Below are positions 52,734 through 64,000 of a stretch of 64,000 bases of DNA, one piece after another; position 1 is the stretch's first letter, and the number at the start of each line of letters is the position of its first letter. The DNA comes from an uncultured Planctomycetota bacterium (GTDB taxonomy: Bacteria > Planctomycetota > Planctomycetia > Isosphaerales > Isosphaeraceae), in assembly GCA_963823665.1 (NCBI GenBank), contig CAWGMQ010000003.1, positions 1,568,001 through 1,632,000 on the forward strand, given 5' to 3'. The notes under the pieces were generated by a model. The model worked only from the letters and a program-made list of their open reading frames with translations, was not told the DNA's origin and searched no databases. The translations under genes and the position numbers were made by a program.

Positions 52734-53063
52734 CCGGCGGGCGGCACACGGAGTGTGCCTGCTACATGGATTATCGCTTATCTTTTCACACCACCATGTC
52801 ATGTTAGATTCATGCGTTAGGCCGAAAGCGTACCAGGGGCTCGAAGGCCCTGGCGATTGACCTTTGCCTCGTTGGGGCATGTCGATCTGCGGACCCAAGC
52901 GCGCCGCGGAGCGGCACCTCGGACGTTCCGACGCGGAAGCGTCGGAACGAGGAGATTGAGAGCGCTCTTTCGCGGAGCGAAAGAGGACGATCGAGCACGG
53001 CGGGACTAGCGACGCGGGTGCACTCGCGCGTTTCAATCGCCGGCGCGGAAGCGTCGGAACGAG
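52734..53063. repeat. GTAG REP (52734-52766) and mosaic REP module (52833-53063)
   Basis: 52833-52950 resembles 49207-49325; contains ttccgacgcggaagcgtcggaacgag and tttcgcggagcgaaag. Confidence 0.8.
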
Positions 53064-53334
53064 GAGGAGGCGCGGCTTGGGCATGACGCGGGGAGGAGTG
53101 CCCTGCCTGAATCGCTTCAGGCGAGATCGACCCTGCGGATTGTGTGGATTCAACCGCCTGCGGTTTCCACGGAATCAAAGAAGGATTTAACAAACGCGGG
53201 GCTCTGGACGACGTTCTTAATAAGGCAATTCGGGCAAGCTTGATAAGAGCTGACGAGGCGGAGCTTTCCTGGGCTGTTCGGTGTTGAAAAGAGCTGTTTT
53301 CTCAGCGAAACGAAGTGAAAAGGAGAGAATCATC

Positions 53335-54999
53335 ATGGTGAGCGAAGCCAAGATTGCGGCGAACCGCAGGAACGCCACAAAAAGCTGCGGGCCCAAAACG
53401 GAGGCTGGTAAGAAAATCGCCCGATTCAATGCACTCACGCATGGAATGACAGCTGAAATTGCGATGTTGCCGGAGGAGGATGCGGCGGTTTATGAATCGC
53501 GCCGGAGGGACTGGTTCGAGCAGTACAAGCCGCGGAATGGTGTGGAAGCGGCCAAGGTTGAACGGAGTTTTTACTTGTGGTGGCAACTCGGGCGGATCGG
53601 ACGTGCACAGTCGGCGCAGCTCTGTGAGAAATCCCGGACGGCGGAGAGTGAACGGCTGGCGAGTGAAGCCAGAGAGACGATCGAGCTGTCGATCAAGCTC
53701 TTTCTGCCGACCCCGGAGGCTCGCTGGGGGACTGCGGAGAATTCGACGCGCGACCGAGGTTTTGAGCATCCCGCACTGATCGAGAGCCGGCTGGAAGAAC
53801 TGGAGGACGGCTGCCGGTGGCTTCACGCGCAGTGGAAGGAGGAAGCCGCGATTCTGGACGCAGGCAAAGCTTGGGGGGCGATCGAGTGCTTCAAGGCGAT
53901 CAGGCTGATGGGAATGCATGTCCTCTCGGCTATCGATCTCAACGAGGTGGCCGATTTCCTGCGGCCGTGCGTGGCACTGGCCGGAAAGGGAATCGGGCTG
54001 GCGAGGGAAACATGGACGCTGCTTGCTCCGCCCGATGCCGAGCGAGGTTGGGAGGTGCTGCGCAGCCAGTTGGAACCATGTGACGCGCTGCCCATGGGCG
54101 CGGAAGAAGCGAGGGAATGGTTACGCGAGACAGTCGAAACGCAGATCGGGCGGCTGGCCGAGAAAATCGAGGAGCACGAAAGCGTCGCCGAGGTCCTCGG
54201 GACACTGGCGCGTGACCTGCATGCTTTCGACTGGAGCCCTCTCGCCGAGCGGACGCGACGGTACGAGCGGGCCTGTCAACGAACCGTCGACCGAATCGAT
54301 CGCGAGCTAGAAACACGGCCTTGGCTGTCGTCTGAGCAATTCGTGCCGGCATCTACGTCGTACCGGAGGCTGACCCCGAGCTTGATGCAATCCATGCGTG
54401 CGAGGTTAATGGCGGGTGATGCGATCGGCGCAGCCGACGACGATGATGAGGACGAAGCTGCTCGCCAGCAAAACGAAGCCAACGGACACGACGCCGTTGA
54501 ATCGACGATGAAGTTCGTCGATGACGGGCGGACGCATGTTTGCGAAGCCGAGGGCGACACCCCTGGCAGGCACGAAGTAACGATGAATTATGGCGATACG
54601 GCCGCTCGACGAAACGAAGCCAACGGGCATGAGCGGTCGGGAGAAGCGCCGCGACGAAACGAAGCCAACGGGGTCGACGGAGCGTCGCCCTTGATGCGAC
54701 GAAACGAAGCCAACGGCACGGAAGAGGGTTCGGTCGCGACGATTGACGAGTTTGAGAGGTCGAAGGTCGCCGGCGGCTCGCGCGGCGATGGTACCTCGTC
54801 CGAAGAAACAAGTGGCGAAACACCGCAACAATCGACTGACCTCGCGTGTGAGACCCAGGCTGAGGCGGTCGAGAGGCGCCAGGTGGGCTCGGCGACGGTG
54901 ACACGATTCAGCCTTGCTGCGGGCGTGAACGGAAATAGGGCCGATTCGCGCCGTGAGCGCCGTGCGCGGCGGCGGGAAATGCGGCAACGAACCCGTTGA
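53335..54999 (+). CDS. Uncharacterised protein (AANRRNA..S.GPKT..GK..NAL.HG N-terminus; RRNEANG C-terminal repeats)
   Basis: AAGGAG RBS; 554-codon open frame; basic N-terminal motif. Confidence 0.8.
   Translation: MVSEAKIAANRRNATKSCGPKTEAGKKIARFNALTHGMTAEIAMLPEEDAAVYESRRRDWFEQYKPRNGVEAAKVERSFYLWWQLGRIGRAQSAQLCEKSRTAESERLASEARETIELSIKLFLPTPEARWGTAENSTRDRGFEHPALIESRLEELEDGCRWLHAQWKEEAAILDAGKAWGAIECFKAIRLMGMHVLSAIDLNEVADFLRPCVALAGKGIGLARETWTLLAPPDAERGWEVLRSQLEPCDALPMGAEEAREWLRETVETQIGRLAEKIEEHESVAEVLGTLARDLHAFDWSPLAERTRRYERACQRTVDRIDRELETRPWLSSEQFVPASTSYRRLTPSLMQSMRARLMAGDAIGAADDDDEDEAARQQNEANGHDAVESTMKFVDDGRTHVCEAEGDTPGRHEVTMNYGDTAARRNEANGHERSGEAPRRNEANGVDGASPLMRRNEANGTEEGSVATIDEFERSKVAGGSRGDGTSSEETSGETPQQSTDLACETQAEAVERRQVGSATVTRFSLAAGVNGNRADSRRERRARRREMRQRTR
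54466..54716 (+). repeat. 20-bp direct repeat cgacgaaacgaagccaacgg with 25-bp unique spacers
   Basis: Exact copies at 54607, 54652 and 54697; 3-mismatch copy at 54466. Confidence 0.9.
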
Positions 55000-55141
55000 T
55001 GGTGCGGAGCACGAGGGCGACTTCTGGACGAGATACTTGCCTCGGCAGTGGGTACGGCGGTATGATTCACTTCTGTGTTGCCGCGCTGGTGGTGCGCTCA
55101 TGGCTGCCGCGGGCGAATACCTGGTCGGCCGGGGAAAGCCC

Positions 55142-55171
55142 TTGCATGACGGCGACTTCGGGGGTTATAGT
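55142..55171 (+). promoter_or_regulatory. Putative sigma-70 promoter of the tRNA-tuf operon
   Basis: TTGCAT-N18-TATAGT ending 22 bp before tRNA-Thr. Confidence 0.55.
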
Positions 55172-55193
55172 TAGCGATTTCACGGTGCAAACT

Positions 55194-55266
55194 GCTGGCG
55201 TAGCTCAACCGGTAGAGCATCGGTTTTGTAAACCGAGGGTTGTGAGTTCGAGTCCCACCGCCAGCT
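55194..55266 (+). tRNA. tRNA-Thr(TGT)
   Basis: GCTGGCG/CGCCAGC acceptor stem, anticodon loop ttTGTaa, TTCGA T-loop; CCA not encoded. Confidence 0.95.
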
Positions 55267-55337
55267 CTGCCGGAGGCGGTTATTCAGCGTGTTGTGTTGT
55301 GGGCTTTACCGGGTTGTACGGGGAAGCCGGGGATTTC

Positions 55338-55419
55338 GGGTGGATACCCAAGCGGCCAAAGGGGCCAGACTGTAAATCTGGTGGCAATGCCTTCGCAGGT
55401 TCGAATCCTGCTCCACCCA
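55338..55419 (+). tRNA. tRNA-Tyr(GTA)
   Basis: GGGTGGA/TCCACCC stem, ctGTAaa, long variable arm. Confidence 0.95.
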
Positions 55420-55475
55420 TGTCGCGTCCGATTGGGTTGGACTGGGTTCGACTAGGCGGCTCGATGGGAGAAACC

Positions 55476-55546
55476 GCGGGTGTAACTCAATGGTAGAGTA
55501 CCTGCCTTCCAAGCAGGCAACGTGGGTTCGATTCCCATCACCCGCT
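55476..55546 (+). tRNA. tRNA-Gly(TCC)
   Basis: GCGGGTG/CACCCGC stem, ctTCCaa. Confidence 0.95.
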
Positions 55547-55638
55547 TTCATCCGGGGTGTGCGGAAGAGTGGTCGCGGAAAGGCAGCGAACGCGGAAGCA
55601 GCAGGACGGGTCAGATGATGAGGGTTGTGTGAGGAAAT

Positions 55639-55711
<73 letters not shown>

Positions 55712-55882
55712 CTGGCGTTCTTGAAGCCGGGCCATTTTGCATATGGTCCGCGGGAATCTTGGTGGTTTCGTCTGAGTACATTACATCGGGCTTGTCTTGA
55801 GCCGGCATGGCAAGCTTGCAGCGGGTTTCGCCGGTGGGGCCTTCACAAAGCCTGATGCTTCTAGGAGACGACGGGAGAAACG

Positions 55883-57094
55883 ATGGCCAAGGAAACTTTC
55901 ACGAGAACCAAGCCGCACGTCAACGTGGGCACAATCGGGCACATCGATCACGGCAAAACGACCCTCACGGCCGCAATCCTGGCGGTCCTGGCCGAGCGCG
56001 GCAAGGCCAAGACCAAATCGTACCAGGATATTGCCAAGGGAGGGACTGTGCGCGATTCGACCAAGACGGTGACGATCGCCGTCTCGCACGTTGAGTACGA
56101 GAGCGAGAAGCGGCATTACGCCCACATCGACTGCCCGGGGCACGCCGATTACATCAAGAACATGATCACGGGCGCGGCCCAGATGGATGGGGCGATCCTG
56201 GTGGTCTCGGCCGCCGACGGCCCGATGCCGCAGACCCGCGAACACATCCTGCTTGCGCGTCAGGTCGGCGTGCCGGCCCTGGTCGTGTTCCTCAACAAAA
56301 TCGACCTGGTCGACGACGAGGAGCTGCTGGAGCTGGTCGAGATGGAGCTGCGCGAGCTGCTCACGCACTACAAGTTCCCGGGGGACGAGATCCCGATCGT
56401 GCGCGGCAGCAGCCGTCCGGCGCTTGAGAACCCCAAGGACGAGAAGGCCGCGAAGCCGATCCTGGACCTGGTGAAGGCGATGGACGAATACATCCCCGAG
56501 CCGGTGCGCGAGATCGACAAGCCGTTCTTGATGCCGATTGAAGACGTCTTCTCGATCAAGGGCCGCGGCACGGTGGGCACGGGCCGGATCGAGCGCGGCA
56601 AGTGCAAGGTGGGCGACGCGGTCGAGATCGTCGGCTTCGGCGTGAAGAAAGCGTCGACGATCACCGGCGTCGAGGCGTTTCAGAAGACGATGGACGAGGG
56701 AATGGCCGGCGACAACGTCGGGGTGCTCCTGCGAGGCGTTGAGAAGACCGACCTCGAGCGCGGGCAGGTGGTCTGCAAGCCGAACTCGATCACCCCGCAT
56801 ACGAAATTCGAGGCCGAGGTGTACGTTCTCAGCAAGGATGAAGGCGGAAGGCACACGCCGTTCTTCAAGGGCTATTGCCCGCAGTTTTATTTCCGTACCA
56901 CGGACGTGACCGGCTCGATCTTGAACCTCCTGTCTGAGAACAACACGGAGGCCGAGATGTGCATGCCGGGTGACAATATCAAGATGACCGTCGAGCTCAA
57001 GACACCGATCGCGATGGAGGAAAGCCTGCGGTTCGCCATTCGCGAGGGGGGCAAGACGGTCGGAGCGGGCGTCGTGGCGAAGATCCTCGAGTGA
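55883..57094 (+). CDS. tuf: Elongation factor Tu
   Basis: [21 protein letters not shown]; canonical context. Confidence 0.99.
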   Translation: MAKETFTRTKPHVNVGTIGHIDHGKTTLTAAILAVLAERGKAKTKSYQDIAKGGTVRDSTKTVTIAVSHVEYESEKRHYAHIDCPGHADYIKNMITGAAQMDGAILVVSAADGPMPQTREHILLARQVGVPALVVFLNKIDLVDDEELLELVEMELRELLTHYKFPGDEIPIVRGSSRPALENPKDEKAAKPILDLVKAMDEYIPEPVREIDKPFLMPIEDVFSIKGRGTVGTGRIERGKCKVGDAVEIVGFGVKKASTITGVEAFQKTMDEGMAGDNVGVLLRGVEKTDLERGQVVCKPNSITPHTKFEAEVYVLSKDEGGRHTPFFKGYCPQFYFRTTDVTGSILNLLSENNTEAEMCMPGDNIKMTVELKTPIAMEESLRFAIREGGKTVGAGVVAKILE

Positions 57095-57160
57095 CGCGCC
57101 GGGATGGCTCGCGCCTTTGATCGGCATGACGAATTGAGTTGAATCGAATCAAGAAAAGAT

Positions 57161-57194
57161 GGCGACTCGGTCTCCGAAAGGTGACCGAGTCGCC
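57161..57194. terminator. Strong hairpin downstream of tuf
   Basis: ggcgactcggtc...gaccgagtcgcc with inner ccGAAAgg; A-rich 5' flank, no + strand U-tract. Confidence 0.5.
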
Positions 57195-57298
57195 GAGCTA
57201 TCTACACCCTGTCGAACACGTAGCAAGCGGTGAGTCTCGGGCTCCTTGTATTCGCGGGGCTCTGAGAAGTTGACGGGAAGAGGGGCAGGAGCAAGCAA

Positions 57299-57451
57299 AT
57301 GCGGGAATACGTCTGGCTCGAATGCAGCACGTGCGGCGAACGAAACTACCGGGTGCAGAAGGAAACACGCGGCGCCAACCGGCTTGAACTGAAGAAATAC
57401 TGCAGCCGCGAAAGGAAGCACACGCCACACAAGGAATCACGCAAGAAATAG
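57299..57451 (+). CDS. rpmG: 50S ribosomal protein L33
   Basis: MREYVWLECSTCGERNYRVQKETRGANRLELKKYCSRERKHTPHKESRKK; too short for the ORF track. Confidence 0.95.
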   Translation: MREYVWLECSTCGERNYRVQKETRGANRLELKKYCSRERKHTPHKESRKK

Positions 57452-57474
57452 GGATCGGGTAGGAGCGCGGCGGG

Positions 57475-57683
57475 CACCCCCCCTGGCCCCCCCTTTGCAA
57501 GGGGGGGAAAGGTTTAGCGGTTGCAAAGGGGGGGGGGAAAGGATGTGGGATTCGCAAGGGGGGAAATGGTGCCCGGAGGAGAGGATCAATCGCCTGCACG
57601 CACCCCCCCTGGCCCCCCCTTCTCAAGGGGGGGAAGGAAGTGTGCCTGGCCACCCCCTTCTCAAGGGGGGGGAAGGAAGTGTT
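57475..57683. repeat. C-tract/G-tract palindromic repeats (ccccctt-NNN-aaggggg)
   Basis: About 5 full or half copies between rpmG and tRNA-Trp; another at about 59477-59512. Confidence 0.8.
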
Positions 57684-57787
57684 TAAGAGGGACGGAAACG
57701 CTTGCGGGATTGCGAGTTTCTGGCGGTGTGCTGTCCGATCCATCTGGACGCGAAGGTTTGAACGTGGATTTGATTTCCGGAAGATAT

Positions 57788-57860
57788 ACGAGCGTAGCTC
57801 AACTGGGAGAGCACCGGTCTCCAAAACCGGCGGTTGGGGGTTCGATTCCCTCCGCTCGTG
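57788..57860 (+). tRNA. tRNA-Trp(CCA)
   Basis: ACGAGCG/CGCTCGT stem, ctCCAaa; canonical position before secE. Confidence 0.95.
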
Positions 57861-58014
57861 CTGTCGCGAGGCGGCCTGGCGGGGGCAGTGTTGGCGCGGT
57901 GCGAGAGAGAGGGTCTTGCCGGGGCCGGGGATGCCGGGCGAGGTGAGAGGTGAGCGGAAGGGCGAGGGGGATTGTCTGGTCCATTGCCGAACGAACGACT
58001 GAGAATCAGGTGTC

Positions 58015-58541
58015 ATGGGTAAACTGAAAGAGGGAATCACGGCGTCGACGCTCATCGAAGCCGGCCAAGGGGAAAGCTGGTGGGCAGGCCAAGGGCCTGT
58101 TTTCCTCTTTCCTGACCAACTTGATTCGCGCCGATCTGTTCAAGCCGATGCAGGGGTGGTACGCGCGGGTGTGGACCGCCGTCGGGCTGGGAGTGGTGGT
58201 TGCGGCGGGGGCCTACAGGATTTACGAGGCGAGTCTCGAGTATTCAGCTGGGCTGGCGGCTTGGGATTCCGGCGGCCTTTGCGGCCGTACTGGGATGGGT
58301 CGTTTTTCGGATCGTGCATTTTCCACCGTTTGCGGAGTTCTTGATCGCAACCGAAGCGGAGATGAACAAGGTCTCGTGGACCAGCAAGGACGATTTGATC
58401 CGCGCGACCACCGTGGTGCTGACGACCGTCTTGCTGATGGCGGTCTATCTGTTCGTGGTGGATACGCTCTGGACGTTCATCCTGCGACTGATCGGAGTTC
58501 TTCAGTTCACCGGCGGCGGTGGTTTCGGGTCGACGGGCTGA
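58015..58541 (+). CDS. secE: Preprotein translocase subunit SecE (frameshifts near 58050 and 58250)
   Basis: FLIATEAEMNKVSWTS...VVDTLW; N-terminal FKPMQG..AR in the adjacent frame; lies between tRNA-Trp and nusG. Confidence 0.88.
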
Positions 58542-58663
58542 GCTGTACCGGAACGGGACAACCGTGGCCGGACCGGATGACAGGATTGGGACCGGGATGA
58601 CTTCCCGGAGGCGTGTTCGAACAAGAGCGCGAGGCGGGCAACGATCGTCTTGAGATTTTCACC

Positions 58664-59440
58664 ATGAGCGAATCGACCGAAGAAATGACTGACCCGACAC
58701 AAGCCGAGGAATCGGTGCGGGCGACCAAGCGCGCGGCGTCGGCGATCGAGGTCGACGAACAGACGCCTGACGGCGGCCACGCGGAGACCCGTGCGGATAG
58801 CGGGTCGGCGGACGAAGCGGCCGCGCCGGCGAGTGCGGCAGCACCGGCTGAATCTGCTGCAAAGGCATCTGCGTCTGCGCCGGACGACGACGAAGACCCC
58901 GCACCGGAACTGGTGTGGTACGTGCTGAAGGTTCAGAGCTCGCGGGAAGACACGATTCGCGACACGCTGCAGCGCCGGGTGAAGATCCAGGGGCTGGAGA
59001 AGTACTTCGGCCAGATCGTGGTTCCGACGGAGAAGATCACCGAGATCCGCAACAACAAGAAACGGATCGTCGAGCGCAAGACTTATCCGGGCTACATCAT
59101 GGTCCAGATGGAGCTGAACGAGAAGACGTGGTTCACGGTGCGGGAGACACCCGGAGTGGGCGACTTCGTCGGCGCGCACGGGACTCCCACCAAGATGACC
59201 GACACCGAAGTGAACCAGATGCTGAACCAGGAAGAAGAGAAGACGACCGCTGAAACGCCCAAGGTGCGGATCGACGTCGAGCGCGGCGACCGAGTGAAGA
59301 TCAAGGACGGACCGTTCGAGAACTTCGAGGGGACCGTCGAGGAGGTCATCGAGGGCCGCGGGCTGGTCAAGGTGATGCTGATCATCTTCAACCGGCCGAC
59401 GCCGGTGGACCTGGAATACTGGCAGCTCGAGCGGATTTGA
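58664..59440 (+). CDS. nusG: Transcription termination/antitermination factor NusG
   Basis: WYVLKVQS, YPGYIMVQM, KOW motif GDRVKIKDGPFENF; acidic N-terminal extension. Confidence 0.97.
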   Translation: MSESTEEMTDPTQAEESVRATKRAASAIEVDEQTPDGGHAETRADSGSADEAAAPASAAAPAESAAKASASAPDDDEDPAPELVWYVLKVQSSREDTIRDTLQRRVKIQGLEKYFGQIVVPTEKITEIRNNKKRIVERKTYPGYIMVQMELNEKTWFTVRETPGVGDFVGAHGTPTKMTDTEVNQMLNQEEEKTTAETPKVRIDVERGDRVKIKDGPFENFEGTVEEVIEGRGLVKVMLIIFNRPTPVDLEYWQLERI

Positions 59441-59586
59441 GCGGAGAGGCGGACATTGCGACGGCTGGGGCGGGGCCACCCCCCCTGCCCCCCCTTTTCA
59501 AGGGGGGAAAGTTTTTGAGGCGTTTGCAGGGGCGAAAGATCACTGCGACAGCGACGTTAACTTTAAAAGATGTGTGAGAATCGACG

Positions 59587-60012
59587 ATGGCGAAGGTGAT
59601 GACGGCGAAAGTGAAGCTGCAGTGTCCTGGAGGCCAGGCGACGCCGGCGCCGCCGGTTGGGCCGGCGCTCGGGCAGCACGGGGTGAACATCGGCCAGTTC
59701 GTGATGCAGTTCAACGAGCGGACCAAGGAGATGAAGGGGACGACCATCCCGGTCGAGATCACCATCTACTCGGACCGCAGCTTCGAGTTCATCACCAAGA
59801 GCCCGCCTGCGGCCGTGCTGCTCAAGCAGGCCGCCGGGATCGCCGCCGGCTCGGCCGAGCCCAACAAGACCAAGGTCGGTGCCGTGACGCCCGAGCAGGT
59901 GAAGAAGATTGCCGAGACCAAGTTTGCCGATTTGAACGCCCGGGACATCGAGCATGCCTGCCGGATCATCGCGGGGACGGCCCGGAGCATGGGGGTGGAG
60001 ATCAAGGGGTAA
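59587..60012 (+). CDS. rplK: 50S ribosomal protein L11
   Basis: [15 protein letters not shown]...GTARSMG. Confidence 0.99.
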   Translation: MAKVMTAKVKLQCPGGQATPAPPVGPALGQHGVNIGQFVMQFNERTKEMKGTTIPVEITIYSDRSFEFITKSPPAAVLLKQAAGIAAGSAEPNKTKVGAVTPEQVKKIAETKFADLNARDIEHACRIIAGTARSMGVEIKG

Positions 60013-60120
60013 CTGTCTCAAACAACCGCGATTCACAAGCGTGAGCCCGGCGCGACCGCCCGCGGGCACATCCCCCGAGATTCATGGCGGCAGCTCATTT
60101 GAGCGAAAGGACGAGAGACT

Positions 60121-60801
60121 TTGACACAACATTCCAAACGATTTCGAGCGCTCGGCGAGAAGGTCAAGATTCCGGCCCCGGTTGCGCTGCCCGAGGCGGT
60201 GCGGATCTTGAAGACCTTCGGCACGACGAAATTCAACCAGACCGTCGAGGTGGCGACGCACCTGGGAATCGATCCCAAGCAAACCGATCAGAACGTCCGC
60301 GGCTCGGTGGCGCTGCCGCATGGGCTGGGCAAGAGCAAGCGGGTGGCGGTCTTCGCCCAGGGCGAGAACGCCGAGAAAGCCCGGGCGGCGGGGGCCGACA
60401 TTGTGGGGGGCGACGATCTGGCGCAGCAAATCAAGGGCGGGACGATGGACTTCGACGTGGCGCTGGCCACCCCGGACATGATGGGGGTCGTGGGGCCGCT
60501 GGGCCGCGTGCTGGGCCCGCGGGGGCTCATGCCGTCGCCGCGCTCGGGCACGGTCACGACCGACATCGCCTCCGCGGTCCGTGAATTCAAGGCGGGCAAG
60601 ATCGAGTTTCGCAATGACAAAGGGGGCAACGTCGCCGTGCCGGTGGGCAAGCTCGCTTTCAGCGAAGAGCAGTTGGTCGACAACATCAACGCGTTTCTGA
60701 ACTACCTTCGCTCGCTCAAACCAGCCACAGCCAAGGGAACATATATCCGCTCGATCACCATCTCGGCCACGATGAGCCCGGGCATCCGGATCACGGGCTA
60801 A
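60121..60801 (+). CDS. rplA: 50S ribosomal protein L1
   Basis: [25 protein letters not shown] start. Confidence 0.98.
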   Translation: MTQHSKRFRALGEKVKIPAPVALPEAVRILKTFGTTKFNQTVEVATHLGIDPKQTDQNVRGSVALPHGLGKSKRVAVFAQGENAEKARAAGADIVGGDDLAQQIKGGTMDFDVALATPDMMGVVGPLGRVLGPRGLMPSPRSGTVTTDIASAVREFKAGKIEFRNDKGGNVAVPVGKLAFSEEQLVDNINAFLNYLRSLKPATAKGTYIRSITISATMSPGIRITG

Positions 60802-60907
60802 GCGCGCGACCAGAGCCGGCCAAACAAGCCGGTGAAGTTGTGAACGAGGCCGGGGTGAGATCGCAGCACGGGAAACAATCGTAGACGCGGGGACTTTAAC
60901 TAGAGCC

Positions 60908-61525
60908 ATGAGTAAATACGTCAAAGAACTGATGATGGATCAGCTCAAATCGGACCTTGACGGGAACCGATCGCTGCTGATTGTCGATCTCAAGAATTTG
61001 GACGCCATCGCCGAGCACGGGTTCCGGCGCGACCTGCGCAAGAAGTCGATCCGGCTCCGGGTGCTCAAGAACTCGCTGGCCCGTCGCGTTTTCTCGGACA
61101 TGGGGATGGATGGCCTTTCGAAGTACCTCGAAGGGCAATCGGCCGTGGTCTGGGGGGGCGAGGGTCCATCCGAGCTCGCCAAGGAAATCACCACCCAGTT
61201 CAAGACGCTCAAGAAGCCGCAGATCAAGGGCGGCGCCGTCGACGGGGTGATTGTCGGGCCCGAGCAGGTGGACGACATCACCAAGCTGCCCAGCCGGGAG
61301 GTGCTGATCGGCCAGGTGCTGTCGCTCGTACTGGGACCGGCGCAGCAGGTTCTTTCGATGCTCACGTCGCCGGCCTCGACCGTGATCGGCCAGCTCGAAG
61401 CGCTGGCCAAGCGCGTGGGCGAGGCCGAACCGGCGGCAGAGGAGCCGGCGGCAGAGGAGCCAGCGGCAGCCGAGCCAGCGGCAGCCGAGCCGGCGGCAGC
61501 CGAGCCGGCGGCCGAAACCACTTGA
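60908..61525 (+). CDS. rplJ: 50S ribosomal protein L10
   Basis: VLKNSLARR, KGGAVDG, LPSREVL; operon position. Confidence 0.96.
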   Translation: MSKYVKELMMDQLKSDLDGNRSLLIVDLKNLDAIAEHGFRRDLRKKSIRLRVLKNSLARRVFSDMGMDGLSKYLEGQSAVVWGGEGPSELAKEITTQFKTLKKPQIKGGAVDGVIVGPEQVDDITKLPSREVLIGQVLSLVLGPAQQVLSMLTSPASTVIGQLEALAKRVGEAEPAAEEPAAEEPAAAEPAAAEPAAAEPAAETT

Positions 61526-61718
61526 GCACGCTCTTCCCGCCAGGGCTTCACTCGGAAGTTATTGACATTTCATGTGATATGTCGTGATGATAACCGGTCG
61601 GAACGGACGGCCCGCCTGATTCCGCCCGGTTGACTTTGAACAGCAGATTCGAGTCAGGGCCTCGCAGACACCCAAACCTTTTACGTTCACGTTCCACGAG
61701 GAAAGGACCGTTCGACCG

Positions 61719-62132
61719 ATGTCAACCGCGGAAGCAACCACGTTCGCCGACAACATCAAGACCCTGGGCGATTCTCTGGTCAACATGAAGGTTCTCGAGG
61801 TGCTTCAGCTCACGAAGTACCTGAAAGAGACGTACAACCTCGAGGCCGCGGCGGCGACCGTGGCCATGCACCCAGGCGGTGGTGGCGGTGCGCCGGCCGC
61901 TGAAGCGGCGCCTGCGGTCAAGACCGAGTTCGACGTGTCGCTCGAGGCGATCGGCCCCAACAAGATCCAGGTCATCAAGGTGGTGCGAGCAGCCACGCAG
62001 CTCGGTCTCAAGGAGGCCAAGGACCTGGTCGAAGCCGCACCCAAGGATGTCAAGACCGGCCTTTCCAAGGAGGACGCCGAGAAACTGAAGAAAGAGCTCG
62101 AAGACACCGGCGCGACCGTGAAGATCAAGTGA
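61719..62132 (+). CDS. rplL: 50S ribosomal protein L7/L12
   Basis: [26 protein letters not shown]. Confidence 0.98.
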   Translation: MSTAEATTFADNIKTLGDSLVNMKVLEVLQLTKYLKETYNLEAAAATVAMHPGGGGGAPAAEAAPAVKTEFDVSLEAIGPNKIQVIKVVRAATQLGLKEAKDLVEAAPKDVKTGLSKEDAEKLKKELEDTGATVKIK

Positions 62133-62295
62133 TCCGCGCGCGGAAACATGCGTTCAATTGTTCGACGATTTTGATGCCGGTAGGGCGCGTGCCCACGGCA
62201 TCGAGAGCGTGCGGGTGCGCAGTGCGGTCATACGCACGCAAGAGCGCCTGCTCGAACGGCCTCGTATACTTCTTTCTCTTCTGGAGCGCGAGCCC

Positions 62296-64000
<1,705 letters not shown>

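Noticed and set aside
54466..54716. Canonical CRISPR array
   Set aside because: The repeats are only 20 bp, in frame within an ORF, non-palindromic, and have no cas genes nearby; kept as a non-CRISPR finding.
60802..60907. L10 leader RNA
   Set aside because: The position fits, but I could not fold a convincing consensus by eye; it needs an Infernal/Rfam search.

Overview
High-GC bacterial window, most consistent with a Planctomycetota genome (inference, possibly Isosphaerales). Supporting signs are an LEPR-XLL-type export motif, DUF4058 and Uma2 genes, many Ser/Thr kinase-TPR genes and a long-N-terminus sigma-70. Bases ~1-55,000 are accessory: membrane Zn-proteases, SCO, an FHA kinase, a sigma factor, three kinase-TPR genes, a CHAT-TPR protein, an FN3 protein, orphan DUF433 antitoxins and gene remnants. 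This part is densely seeded with several families of short palindromic (REP-like) repeats. Bases ~55,100-64,000 are the core cluster tRNA-Thr/Tyr/Gly/Thr, tuf, rpmG, tRNA-Trp, secE, nusG, rplK, rplA, rplJ, rplL and partial rpoB. About 15 single-base frameshifts, including in rpoB and secE, indicate sequencing or assembly indels, so split ORFs are joined rather than called pseudogenes. Best leads: (i) twin kinase paralogs with about 24 versus 1 hypervariable 48-aa repeats, in cassettes bounded by REPs; (ii) an uncharacterised ORF with a 45-bp-period DNA motif array whose core also sits just upstream of its own RBS; (iii) five different repeat families sharing a c-GGA-g triloop, some fused into genes; (iv) an overlapping nuclease-like plus helical gene pair.
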